This document shows positions 30,801 through 38,709 of a stretch of 64,000 nucleotides of DNA, piece by piece; positions within the stretch are counted from its first letter, which is position 1; each line of letters starts with the position of its first letter. The notes beneath the pieces are model-generated. The model was not told where the DNA came from and searched no databases. It saw only the letters and a list, made by a program, of their open reading frames with translations. Position numbers and translations under genes: made by a program. The DNA lies in the NCBI GenBank assembly GCA_964635565.1, contig CAZWON010000001.1, positions 135,020 to 199,019 on the forward strand, given 5' to 3'. Source of the stretch: an uncultured Planctomycetia bacterium. GTDB lineage: Bacteria; Omnitrophota; Gorgyraeia; Duberdicusellales; 4484-171.

Positions 30801-31160
30801 TTATCGAATAATGAAGCGAGAATGTATTTTTTTTGCTTTAAAGAAGGTATGAGTAAAGTTTTTTGCTTTTATATGGTTGTATTTCTGGCAGGAAAAAATA
30901 TTTATATAGGCGGTCTTCCATTTTTCAGAGAAGTGTCCTGTTATAGAGCTTGTTTCTATTAACTGAACGAGAGAGTAACCTTTAGTGTATTCTTTACTCT
31001 CTCCAAAATAAGAGATAATGGTTTTTCCATATTTTTTCATTTTTATAAGTTTGCACAGTTCGTCTACATATTCCTGAAGTTTACTCTTTGACGCAATAAT
31101 ATCCTTACTGCATTCGTATAAGTCCATAATAAGTTCATATCCGTATATTTTCTTTCTCAT
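30801..31160 (-). CDS. S-adenosylmethionine decarboxylase-like pyruvoyl proenzyme, second paralog (candidate neofunctionalised, e.g. arginine decarboxylase)
   Basis: 119 aa; same fold signature as SpeH (LVQLIETSSITGHF vs IIKESHISIHSWPE in the upstream copy). Its start overlaps the speE stop (ATGA). Confidence 0.7.
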   Translation of the reverse strand: MRKKIYGYELIMDLYECSKDIIASKSKLQEYVDELCKLIKMKKYGKTIISYFGESKEYTKGYSLVQLIETSSITGHFSEKWKTAYINIFSCQKYNHIKAKNFTHTFFKAKKIHSRFIIR

Positions 31161-31993
31161 GCTAAAAGCTCCTTTATATAAGTTGGTAATAATATACTCC
31201 CTTTATGGATGTAGGAGTTGTAATAATTAGTTTTTAATCCCAATCTTTTTATTTTTTTTTCTATGTTTTTTATATTGGGTTGCTGGGGGTTAATACTTTT
31301 AGAAGCAATAAGGAAACTAAAAAATCCCCCAATATAAGTAGGAATAGCTGCTAATTGAACTGTTACATAAGGAAATATTTTGTTTAGTATTTTGTAGTTT
31401 ATTTTTAATTCCTCTTTCTGTAGCATAGTAGAACCACTTTGTCTTATCATAATTCCCTTGTTTTTTAGGATAGAATATACATTTGTATAAAATTTTTTTG
31501 AAAACAATACTTTTGCTGGTCCTATAGGATCAGGAGAATCAATTATAGCAATATCAAATTTTTCCTGTATTTTTTTAATAAAATTAGCCCCATCATCAAC
31601 AACGATTTTAACGCGTTTATCAGATAATGAACGGGAACATATTTTCTTAAGATACTTTTTTGTTATTTCAATTACTTCTTTATCTATCTCTACAAGGCAA
31701 ACCTTCTCAATATTATGTTTTAGAATTTCTCTAATTGCTCCTCCGTCTCCTCCTCCTATAACAAGCACTTTTTTTGGATTAGGATGGAGAAAGAGTACAG
31801 GGTGGGTGAGCATTTCGTGATAGATAAATTCATCTTTTTCTGTAGTTTGGATAGCTCCATCAAGAGCAAGCACTTTTCCAAAGCGAGAAGTAGCATATAT
31901 TTTCATATTTTGGTAAGGTGTCCTTTTTTGATAGATGCATTCGCCTTTTATACCTATTTTTACGTCAGGATAGAGGTTTTCATAGAACCACAT
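31157..31993 (-). CDS. speE: Spermidine synthase / aminopropyltransferase
   Basis: 278 aa; VLVIGGGDGGAIREILKH and DVAIIDSPDPIGPA motifs of aminopropyltransferases. Confidence 0.88.
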   Translation of the reverse strand: MWFYENLYPDVKIGIKGECIYQKRTPYQNMKIYATSRFGKVLALDGAIQTTEKDEFIYHEMLTHPVLFLHPNPKKVLVIGGGDGGAIREILKHNIEKVCLVEIDKEVIEITKKYLKKICSRSLSDKRVKIVVDDGANFIKKIQEKFDIAIIDSPDPIGPAKVLFSKKFYTNVYSILKNKGIMIRQSGSTMLQKEELKINYKILNKIFPYVTVQLAAIPTYIGGFFSFLIASKSINPQQPNIKNIEKKIKRLGLKTNYYNSYIHKGSILLPTYIKELLA

Positions 31994-32367
31994 TAAAATA
32001 GCCCCCTTTTGACTTCCATGATTTGTATATCTTCAGGTTTAAATTCTTTTTTTAATACAGGTATTGCTTTATAAGGGTCAACCTCTCCACAGACAAAGAT
32101 ATCTATAGCGGCATATTTATACTCTGGCCAGGAATGTATACTAATATGAGATTCTTTGATTATTGCTATACCTGATATGCCACCATAAGGAGTAAATTTG
32201 TGAAGGTCAATTTTAAGAAGAGTGGCTCCACATGCCTCAGCAGCTTTTTTAAGGATTTTTTTTATTTTAGGGAGAGAAGAGAGATTTTTTGCTTTCCACA
32301 ACTCTACTATAAGATGAATACCTGCGTATTTTATATAACCGTTAGTAGAACAAAATTCTTTTTTCAT
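31993..32367 (-). CDS. speH: S-adenosylmethionine decarboxylase proenzyme (small bacterial/archaeal SpeH type)
   Basis: 124 aa. IIKESHISIHSWPEYKYAAIDIFVCG closely matches the SpeH self-cleavage/active-site region (E-S cleavage site). RBS AGGGGGG. Confidence 0.85.
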   Translation of the reverse strand: MKKEFCSTNGYIKYAGIHLIVELWKAKNLSSLPKIKKILKKAAEACGATLLKIDLHKFTPYGGISGIAIIKESHISIHSWPEYKYAAIDIFVCGEVDPYKAIPVLKKEFKPEDIQIMEVKRGLF

Positions 32368-32417
32368 CCCCCCTAAATTGATATTTCCTTTCGGAATACA
32401 TAAGTTTTTTCAAATAA

Positions 32418-32482
32418 TATTTAAGCAAAAAATTAACATTTTGCAAGAAAAAAATTAAAAATTTTTCTTCTTCTGGTATAAT
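32418..32482. promoter_or_regulatory. Candidate divergent promoter region between the minus-strand speH-speE-speH2 operon and nth
   Basis: Palindromic TTGCAA (32441-32446) can act as a -35 on either strand. Minus strand: TTGCAA-17 nt-TAAATA (32423-32418). Plus strand: TTAAAA (32455-32460)-16 nt-TGgTATAAT (32474-32482). By-eye consensus matching only. Confidence 0.3.
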
Positions 32483-32560
32483 TGAGATATCTGAATATTT
32501 TTTCTTAGTAGAGAAAATTATATAGTGAGAAATTTTATAACTTATAAACTTTAACTTTAA

Positions 32561-33217
32561 ATGTCTATGGTTATTTCCTATCGTAGAAGATTAAATCTTA
32601 TAGAAAAACAGCTGAGAAGCATAAATGCACCTTATATCTCTCGTATTTCTCAAAAAAAAGACCCTTTTAAAATTTTAGTTTCTTGTATATTAAGTTTACG
32701 CACTAAAGATGAGGTTACTGAAAAAGCAAGCAGGAATCTCTTTAAGAGGATAAAGAATCCTTCTGATCTATTAAAATACAAGAAAAGAGAAATAGAGAAA
32801 ATGATTTATCCCGTGGGTTTTTATAAGCGCAAGGCTAAGATTTTGCAGGAAATTGCCAGAAAAATAGTTACCCACTACCACCAGAGAGTTCCTCCTAAGG
32901 AGGAGGATCTTCTTGCCTTTAAAGGTGTGGGTAGAAAAACTGCTAACTTAGTATTAGGGTTGGGTTTTGGAATGCCTGCAATATGTGTAGATACCCATGT
33001 ACATAGAATATCTAACCGTTTAGGATGGGTAAAAACGCAGTATCCTCATCAGACAGAGGATAAGTTAAAAAGAATCATACCTCGCTCTCTTTGGGTTAAA
33101 TTAAATACAATTTTAGTTGCTTTCGGAAGGAACATATGTGTTCCTGTCTCTCCTTGGTGCAGTAAATGTTGGATTAACAAGTATTGTAAAAAAAGAGGAG
33201 TTAGAAGAAACCGCTAA
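32561..33217 (+). CDS. nth: Endonuclease III (HhH-GPD DNA glycosylase with 4Fe-4S cluster)
   Basis: 218 aa; HhH motif GVGRKTANLVLG, catalytic region CVDTHVHRI, C-terminal C-x7-C-x2-C-x5-C cluster. Confidence 0.85.
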   Translation: MSMVISYRRRLNLIEKQLRSINAPYISRISQKKDPFKILVSCILSLRTKDEVTEKASRNLFKRIKNPSDLLKYKKREIEKMIYPVGFYKRKAKILQEIARKIVTHYHQRVPPKEEDLLAFKGVGRKTANLVLGLGFGMPAICVDTHVHRISNRLGWVKTQYPHQTEDKLKRIIPRSLWVKLNTILVAFGRNICVPVSPWCSKCWINKYCKKRGVRRNR

Positions 33218-33234
33218 GTATATACAATTGAGCT

Positions 33235-34428
33235 ATGGTAGATAGTAGGTTGAGAGGGGTAAATATTGGTGGATGGCTTCTTATGGAGGGTTATCTTTTG
33301 GGAGGAAGAAATATTCCTGAGTGTGAATTTAAGAGAAAATTCAGAAGGATATATGGAAATAGAGAGTTAGATAGATTTGAAAATTGTTTCTATAATAACT
33401 TTATTACAGAAGACGACATAAGACATATTTCTTTATGGGGGGCAAATTGTATTAGAATTCCTTTTAACTTCAGGCTGTTTGGAACAAATCCTTCTTCTAA
33501 GAGTAAAGGATTTTGCTATTTAGATAAGATATTAAGCTTCTCGAAGAAATACAAACTAAAAGTTATTCTTGACTTGCATGCTACTTATGGAGGGCAGAAT
33601 CCTGATTGGCATGCGGATAATAGAGGAAAGGCGTGTCTTTGGGGAATGCCTTCTTTACAGAAGAAGACATATAAATTATGGGAGATAATCGCTACAAGAT
33701 ATAAAGAAGAGGACTATCTTTATGGCTATGATGTATTAAATGAGCCGGTTGTAGATAAGGAAAAGCTACCCATATTAAAAAAATTCTATAGTAACATTAT
33801 AGAAAGGATAAGGAAGGTTGATAAAAAACATATTATCTTTTTAGAAGGTAACTTATGGGCACAACAAATAGATTTCCTTAAAGATCTGTTAAGAGAAAAA
33901 GTTAATATAAGCATCCACACATATCAACCTCTCAATTTTACTTTTAATTTTAACCCTAACGTATCTTACCCCGGCCTTATAGATAAAGTAATGTGGGATA
34001 AGAATAGAATTCGTAAATATCTTAATCCTTATTATGAATTTAGCAGGCGATATAAAGTAAATATATTTGTAGGAGAATTTGGTATTAATTATAGAAAAAA
34101 TTGTGCAGGAGAGTTAACTTATTTGAATGACATTTTAGAGATATTTGAGGAATATGCTTTTAGTTATACTTATTGGACCTATAAGGCAGTCTATGGATTT
34201 ATCTTTCCTAATGGGATTTATCAGTATTTAAATAACAGTCCTTTTATAAAAAGAGAAGGACCAGTATATGGATGGGAAAATTATCTTAAATTATGGAAGA
34301 GTAAAAAGAAAGAAATTATTTCTTTCTGGAAAACAGATAATTTCTATCTTAATAAAAGAATTGTTGATATCTTGAGGAAATTTTTTCGTTTATCTTCCTT
34401 TAACAAAAGTAAGGAGGTTGTTAAATGA
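33235..34428 (+). CDS. Glycoside hydrolase family 5 protein (endoglucanase/glucanase-like), no signal peptide
   Basis: 397 aa; GH5 acid/base motif DVLNEPV and nucleophile motif FVGEFG. The N-terminus is not signal-peptide-like. Confidence 0.8.
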   Translation: MVDSRLRGVNIGGWLLMEGYLLGGRNIPECEFKRKFRRIYGNRELDRFENCFYNNFITEDDIRHISLWGANCIRIPFNFRLFGTNPSSKSKGFCYLDKILSFSKKYKLKVILDLHATYGGQNPDWHADNRGKACLWGMPSLQKKTYKLWEIIATRYKEEDYLYGYDVLNEPVVDKEKLPILKKFYSNIIERIRKVDKKHIIFLEGNLWAQQIDFLKDLLREKVNISIHTYQPLNFTFNFNPNVSYPGLIDKVMWDKNRIRKYLNPYYEFSRRYKVNIFVGEFGINYRKNCAGELTYLNDILEIFEEYAFSYTYWTYKAVYGFIFPNGIYQYLNNSPFIKREGPVYGWENYLKLWKSKKKEIISFWKTDNFYLNKRIVDILRKFFRLSSFNKSKEVVK

Positions 34429-35054
34429 TTGTTCCTGCTATACTTACTAACAGTAAAAACGAATTTGTAGAGATGCTCAATGTTTGTAAAGAATTTACAG
34501 ATTTTGTGCAGATAGATATTATGGATGGTAAATTTGTACCTTCTAAGAGTGTCGATAAAAGCGAACTTAAAGGATTAAAGACCCCTTTGCGCTGTGAGGC
34601 CCATCTTATGGTAAATAATCCTTTAGAGTGGTTGAGTATTTTTGAAGAATTGAAGGCAGAACGGATTATTTTTCATTTTGAGATTAAAGAAGATAAAAAA
34701 GTTATTATTAAAGAAATAAGAAAAAAGGGATTTAAAGTAGGCTTGGCGGTTAATCCTGATACACCTATAGAAGATTTTAAGGAATTTATTAACAATGTGG
34801 ATATGATTCTTTTTATGTCCGTTATTCCCGGATTCTATGGGTCTAAGTTTATCCCTCCTGTATTAGATAAAGTAAAAGCATTTAAAAAATTGTATCCTTA
34901 CAAAAAGACAGGAATTGATGGAGGGATAAAAATAAGTAATGTAAGAAAAGTAAAAGAGGCAGGTTTAGATTATATCTATGTGGGAAGCGCAATATTAAAA
35001 GCAGTCTCTCCTTTTAAGACTTATATGGATTTTATTAAAGAAATTAATGAATAA
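34425..35054 (+). CDS. Ribulose-phosphate 3-epimerase-like TIM-barrel protein (divergent metal site)
   Basis: 209 aa, colinear with Rpe (AHLMV, ILFMSVIPGFYGSKFIP, IDGGI). The first metal-ligand His region reads QIDIMDGKF instead of HFDVMDNHY. Confidence 0.65.
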   Translation: MIVPAILTNSKNEFVEMLNVCKEFTDFVQIDIMDGKFVPSKSVDKSELKGLKTPLRCEAHLMVNNPLEWLSIFEELKAERIIFHFEIKEDKKVIIKEIRKKGFKVGLAVNPDTPIEDFKEFINNVDMILFMSVIPGFYGSKFIPPVLDKVKAFKKLYPYKKTGIDGGIKISNVRKVKEAGLDYIYVGSAILKAVSPFKTYMDFIKEINE

Positions 35055-35859
35055 AGCTATAAGAATAGTGATTTTATTCTTTGTAGGTATGGTGCTTGTA
35101 TATAATTATTATTCTCACCATATAGCACAGCAGAATTTGGCTCTTCTGGGGAGAGAAAAAGATACTTTTGATAAAAAAGCTCTGTGGAATCCTCCTCAAA
35201 TTGCGTTGATTTTTGATGATTTGGGAGAAAGTATAAAAGACTTAAAAGAAATATATTCTCTGAAGATACCCGTAAGCGTTGCTGTTATACCTGGTTTAAA
35301 ATTCTCTAAAAATATCGCTTATATTGCAGAAAGGTGCAATTTTAGCACACTCATCCATCTTCCTTTGGAGCCAAAAGAATCAGAGAAATATTACACAAAG
35401 AAATATAAGTTTATAAGTACTTCTTTAACCCCGCAAGAAATAAAAAAATTACTGCGTTATTATTTAAATTCTTTAAGAGTGGCAGTAGGAGTAAGTACTC
35501 ATATGGGTTCAAAGGCTACCGAAGAAGGTTCTCTTATGAGGGTTGTCTTAGAGGAGATAAAGAAAAGAGAACTTATTTTTATAGATAGCCGGACTTCTTT
35601 AAAGTCTGTAGCCTATGATTTGGCAAGGAGAATGGATATTAAGGCAGGATATAATGAGGGATTTATAGATTCCTGTAGAGATAAAGTTAAGATGAGAGAA
35701 AAGATTTATAGCTTTTTGAAAGAAGCGAAAGAAAAAGGGAAAATTATTATTATTGCTCACCCGAAAAAGATAACTTTTGAAGTTCTTAAAGAAGAAATAC
35801 CTCATTTTAAAAAAGAAGTTTCTTTTATTACTATAGAAGAATATTTTGGTATTAAGTAA
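35047..35859 (+). CDS. Divergent polysaccharide deacetylase family protein (YibQ-like), N-terminal TM anchor
   Basis: 270 aa; N-terminal hydrophobic segment; IALIFDDLGES and IPGLKFS resemble the YibQ/divergent polysaccharide deacetylase family. Confidence 0.6.
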   Translation: MNKAIRIVILFFVGMVLVYNYYSHHIAQQNLALLGREKDTFDKKALWNPPQIALIFDDLGESIKDLKEIYSLKIPVSVAVIPGLKFSKNIAYIAERCNFSTLIHLPLEPKESEKYYTKKYKFISTSLTPQEIKKLLRYYLNSLRVAVGVSTHMGSKATEEGSLMRVVLEEIKKRELIFIDSRTSLKSVAYDLARRMDIKAGYNEGFIDSCRDKVKMREKIYSFLKEAKEKGKIIIIAHPKKITFEVLKEEIPHFKKEVSFITIEEYFGIK

Positions 35860-35878
35860 GCAAAATTAATATAATTGA

Positions 35879-36427
35879 ATGGCAAAAGTTTTATTGCATA
35901 TTTGTTGTGGAGTATGTGCTTTTGGGAGCATTGAGAGGCTCAAAAATGAAGGGTTTTATGTTACAGGTTTTTTTTACAATCCTAATATTCACCCTTTAAG
36001 AGAATACGAAAGAAGAAGAAAAGTTTTGGATACAGTGAGAGAGAAAATGGAGATAGAAATAATTGAAGGAGTATATAATCCTAAGGAATGGTTTAGGCTA
36101 TGTAAAGACTATGCATGTGAGCCTGAAGGGGGTGCCCGTTGTTTAGTTTGTTATAAGATGCGTTTAGAAGAGACTTTATTTTTAAGTAAAAAATTATTTT
36201 TTGATTACTTTACTACTACTCTTACTATAAGTCCTTATAAAAAGACTGGCGTAATATTTGAGATAGGGAGGAGATTAGAAAAAGAGAAATTTCTGGACAT
36301 AGATTTTAAGAAAAAGGAGGGATTTAAGAGGGCAAAAGAATTAGCCAGCAAATATAATGTATATCGTCAAAACTATTGTGGTTGCGTTTATAGCTTAATA
36401 GAGAAAAGGAAAAAATTAGTCAAATGA
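35879..36427 (+). CDS. queH: Epoxyqueuosine reductase QueH (DUF208 family)
   Basis: 182 aa; N-terminal LLHICCGVCA and C-terminal YCGCVY cysteine signatures, and length, consistent with QueH. Confidence 0.72.
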   Translation: MAKVLLHICCGVCAFGSIERLKNEGFYVTGFFYNPNIHPLREYERRRKVLDTVREKMEIEIIEGVYNPKEWFRLCKDYACEPEGGARCLVCYKMRLEETLFLSKKLFFDYFTTTLTISPYKKTGVIFEIGRRLEKEKFLDIDFKKKEGFKRAKELASKYNVYRQNYCGCVYSLIEKRKKLVK

Positions 36428-37356
36428 ATTACTATTATTCTTTTAATAAATATTTGAAAGAAACTTTTGGCGAACGGGTGCATCGTTTAAGTTTAAATGC
36501 AGGGTTTAGTTGTCCTAATATAGACGGAACATTAAGTAAAAAAGGGTGTATATTTTGCAACAATAAAGCTTTTAGTTACTTCTCTAATAATAGAAGCTCA
36601 TCCTTAGAAGAACAGATAACTAAAGCTATGGATTACGCAAGAAGACGCTACAAAGCAAATAAATTTATTGCTTACTTTCAGAGTTTTACTAATACTTATG
36701 GTGATATTAATACTTTGAAAGAAAAATATAGAGTAATAAACAACTTTAAGGATATTGTGGGCCTGGCTATATCTACACGGTGTGATTGTATTGACGAGGA
36801 AAAATTAGATTTAATTGAAAGTTTTTCCAGAAAATATACTGTTTTTATTGAATATGGCCTGCAGACAGTACATGATAAGACTTTAAGGTATATAAATCGG
36901 AATCATACATTCAGTGATTTTAAAAAAGCAGCAGAGATGACTTCAAGAAGAAAAACGATTAAAGTTGGTGCCCATATTATTTTAGGGTTGCCTAACGAAT
37001 CTAAGGAAATGATGCTTACTACAGCAGAAGTACTATCTACACTGCCTCTTTGGGGAATAAAATTTCATTGCTTACATGTTGTTAAGCAAACTCCTTTAGA
37101 GAATATGTACAATGAAGGTAAAATAAAACTTTTGTCTGAAGATGAATATATAGATATTCTGATAAGTTTTCTTGAAGTTATACCAAAAGAATATGTAATT
37201 TTGAGGTTAATTTCTGATGCTGATAGAAGATTCTTAGTTGCTCCTTTATGGATAAATGAAAAGCAGAGAATTCTAAGGAGAATCGAAGAAGAGTTTAAGA
37301 AGAGGTCAACTTATCAAGGTAGGTTATATGAAAGCTTTAGTTGTAAGAGTGCATAA
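36424..37356 (+). CDS. Radical SAM protein, TIGR01212 (YhcC-like) family
   Basis: 310 aa. The N-terminal LNAGFSCPNIDGTLSKKGCIFCNN cysteine pattern is characteristic of the YhcC-type radical SAM family. Confidence 0.75.
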   Translation: MNYYYSFNKYLKETFGERVHRLSLNAGFSCPNIDGTLSKKGCIFCNNKAFSYFSNNRSSSLEEQITKAMDYARRRYKANKFIAYFQSFTNTYGDINTLKEKYRVINNFKDIVGLAISTRCDCIDEEKLDLIESFSRKYTVFIEYGLQTVHDKTLRYINRNHTFSDFKKAAEMTSRRKTIKVGAHIILGLPNESKEMMLTTAEVLSTLPLWGIKFHCLHVVKQTPLENMYNEGKIKLLSEDEYIDILISFLEVIPKEYVILRLISDADRRFLVAPLWINEKQRILRRIEEEFKKRSTYQGRLYESFSCKSA

Positions 37357-37765
37357 AGCAGAGATTAAAGTTAGAGAGAAGATAATCTCTTCTATTAAAG
37401 ATGGTATTGTTCTTTTTTTGGGAATAGCAAAGAAAGATACGGATGAGTCATTGCTGAGGATTGCAGATAAAGTTGTTAACCTAAGAATATTTGAAGATGA
37501 AAAGGGTAAACTGCAATTTTCTCTTAAAGAAAAGAATTGTTCTCTTATGTGTATCTCTAATTTCACCTTATGTGCTAATACTAATAAAGGACGGCGTCCT
37601 TCCTTTGAAGAAGTAATGTGTGCTAAAGATGCACGAGAGATTTTTGATAATTTTGTTGTGTTGTTGCGTTCTAAGGGGATAGATGTTAAGGAAGGTATTT
37701 TTGGGGAGCATATGGAGATTGATTTGGAAATGGATGGGCCTCTGAATATAGTTCTCAGTGATTAA
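37328..37765 (+). CDS. dtd: D-aminoacyl-tRNA deacylase
   Basis: 145 aa; MKALVVRV..., SNFTL and GPLNIVL motifs matching Dtd. Confidence 0.88.
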   Translation: MKALVVRVHKAEIKVREKIISSIKDGIVLFLGIAKKDTDESLLRIADKVVNLRIFEDEKGKLQFSLKEKNCSLMCISNFTLCANTNKGRRPSFEEVMCAKDAREIFDNFVVLLRSKGIDVKEGIFGEHMEIDLEMDGPLNIVLSD

Positions 37766-37781
37766 TTTAGTATTGTATAAT
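37753..37781 (+). promoter_or_regulatory. Candidate sigma70-type promoter for lgt inside the 3' end of dtd
   Basis: TTCTCA (37753-37758), 17-nt spacer, TATAAT (37776-37781) with TG two bases upstream; about 58 nt upstream of the lgt ATG. Confidence 0.25.
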
Positions 37782-37839
37782 AAAGCAGGTAAAGGTGATA
37801 CATACAATCATATGGTTTGCTTAAAGAGAGGGAAAATCA

Positions 37840-38607
37840 ATGCATCCTGTATTATTTAAAATAGGCCCCATAACTATTTATACGTATGGAGTTTTTGTTT
37901 TTTTGGGAGTGATAAGCGTTTATTGGCTTTCTTTAAGGGAAGCACAAGGGAGTAAAATAGATAAAGAAAAGTTTTCTAATCTATTTTTCTGGACAGTTAT
38001 TTCGGGGTTTATAGGAGCTCGCCTTTTATATGTTTTATTAGAATGGAGATGGTTTATCAAGCATCCTTTTGAAGTTATTTTTTCTTCTAGTGGCTTTGTC
38101 TTTTATGGAGGCATAATAGGGGGAGTTATTGCCTTTTGTATTTTTGTTAGAAAATATGGATGGAGTCTTAAGAAGATAGCAGATATAGTAGGAGTTTATA
38201 TTCCCTGTGGCCATGCAATAGGACGTCTGGGGTGTTTTTATTATGGTTGTTGTTATGGTAAGCCTACAAATTCTTGGATAGGAATACTTTTCCCTCCAGA
38301 AAGTCCTGCAGGAATGTTAAGGGAAAAGGTCATTCCTACACAACTTATTTCGTCTTTTTTTCTTCTATTAATTTTTATTTTCTTAATAATTTTGAAAAAA
38401 TACAAGAAGTTCGACGGTCAAATTATTCTGTCTTATTTTATTCTTTATGGGATATTTAGATTTATTATCGAGTTTTTTAGAGGCGACCCTCGAGGATTTA
38501 TAGGAATATTCTCTCTTTCCCAGTGGCTATCTATTATTATTATTGCTATCGCTTTTTGTTTATGGGTAAAGTCTTATAAAATAGCACAGAGAAAATTTTT
38601 ATTGTAA
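37840..38607 (+). CDS. lgt: Prolipoprotein diacylglyceryl transferase
   Basis: 255 aa membrane protein; N-terminus PVLFKIGPITIYTYG and GARLLYV match the Lgt signature region. Confidence 0.82.
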   Translation: MHPVLFKIGPITIYTYGVFVFLGVISVYWLSLREAQGSKIDKEKFSNLFFWTVISGFIGARLLYVLLEWRWFIKHPFEVIFSSSGFVFYGGIIGGVIAFCIFVRKYGWSLKKIADIVGVYIPCGHAIGRLGCFYYGCCYGKPTNSWIGILFPPESPAGMLREKVIPTQLISSFFLLLIFIFLIILKKYKKFDGQIILSYFILYGIFRFIIEFFRGDPRGFIGIFSLSQWLSIIIIAIAFCLWVKSYKIAQRKFLL

Positions 38608-38673
38608 TTTGTTTTATAAAGAGATTGGTCTTTTTAAGATGTTGATAACCTTCTGGTTGAAAGAATAAATCAA

Positions 38674-38702
38674 TTGACATAGTTATTTTCTTCTCATAAA
38701 CT
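38674..38702 (+). promoter_or_regulatory. Candidate promoter placing the TSS at or next to the mgtE start codon (leaderless-type)
   Basis: TTGACA (38674-38679), 17-nt spacer, TAAACT (38697-38702); ATG at 38710 with no SD sequence. Confidence 0.3.
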
Positions 38703-38709
38703 AATTAAT

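Noticed and set aside
30747-30962. Plus-strand 71-aa ORF in the gap after the DUF2344 gene
   Set aside because: Most of it is antisense to the well-supported SpeH-paralog gene (30801-31160). It has no RBS and a Phe/Tyr/Cys-rich nonsense-like translation.
38274-38459. Plus-strand 61-aa ORF inside lgt in another frame; also 47106-47303 inside the minus-strand radical SAM gene and 54043-54231 inside rho
   Set aside because: These are alternative-frame ORFs fully inside conserved genes, with no RBS and no sequence features.
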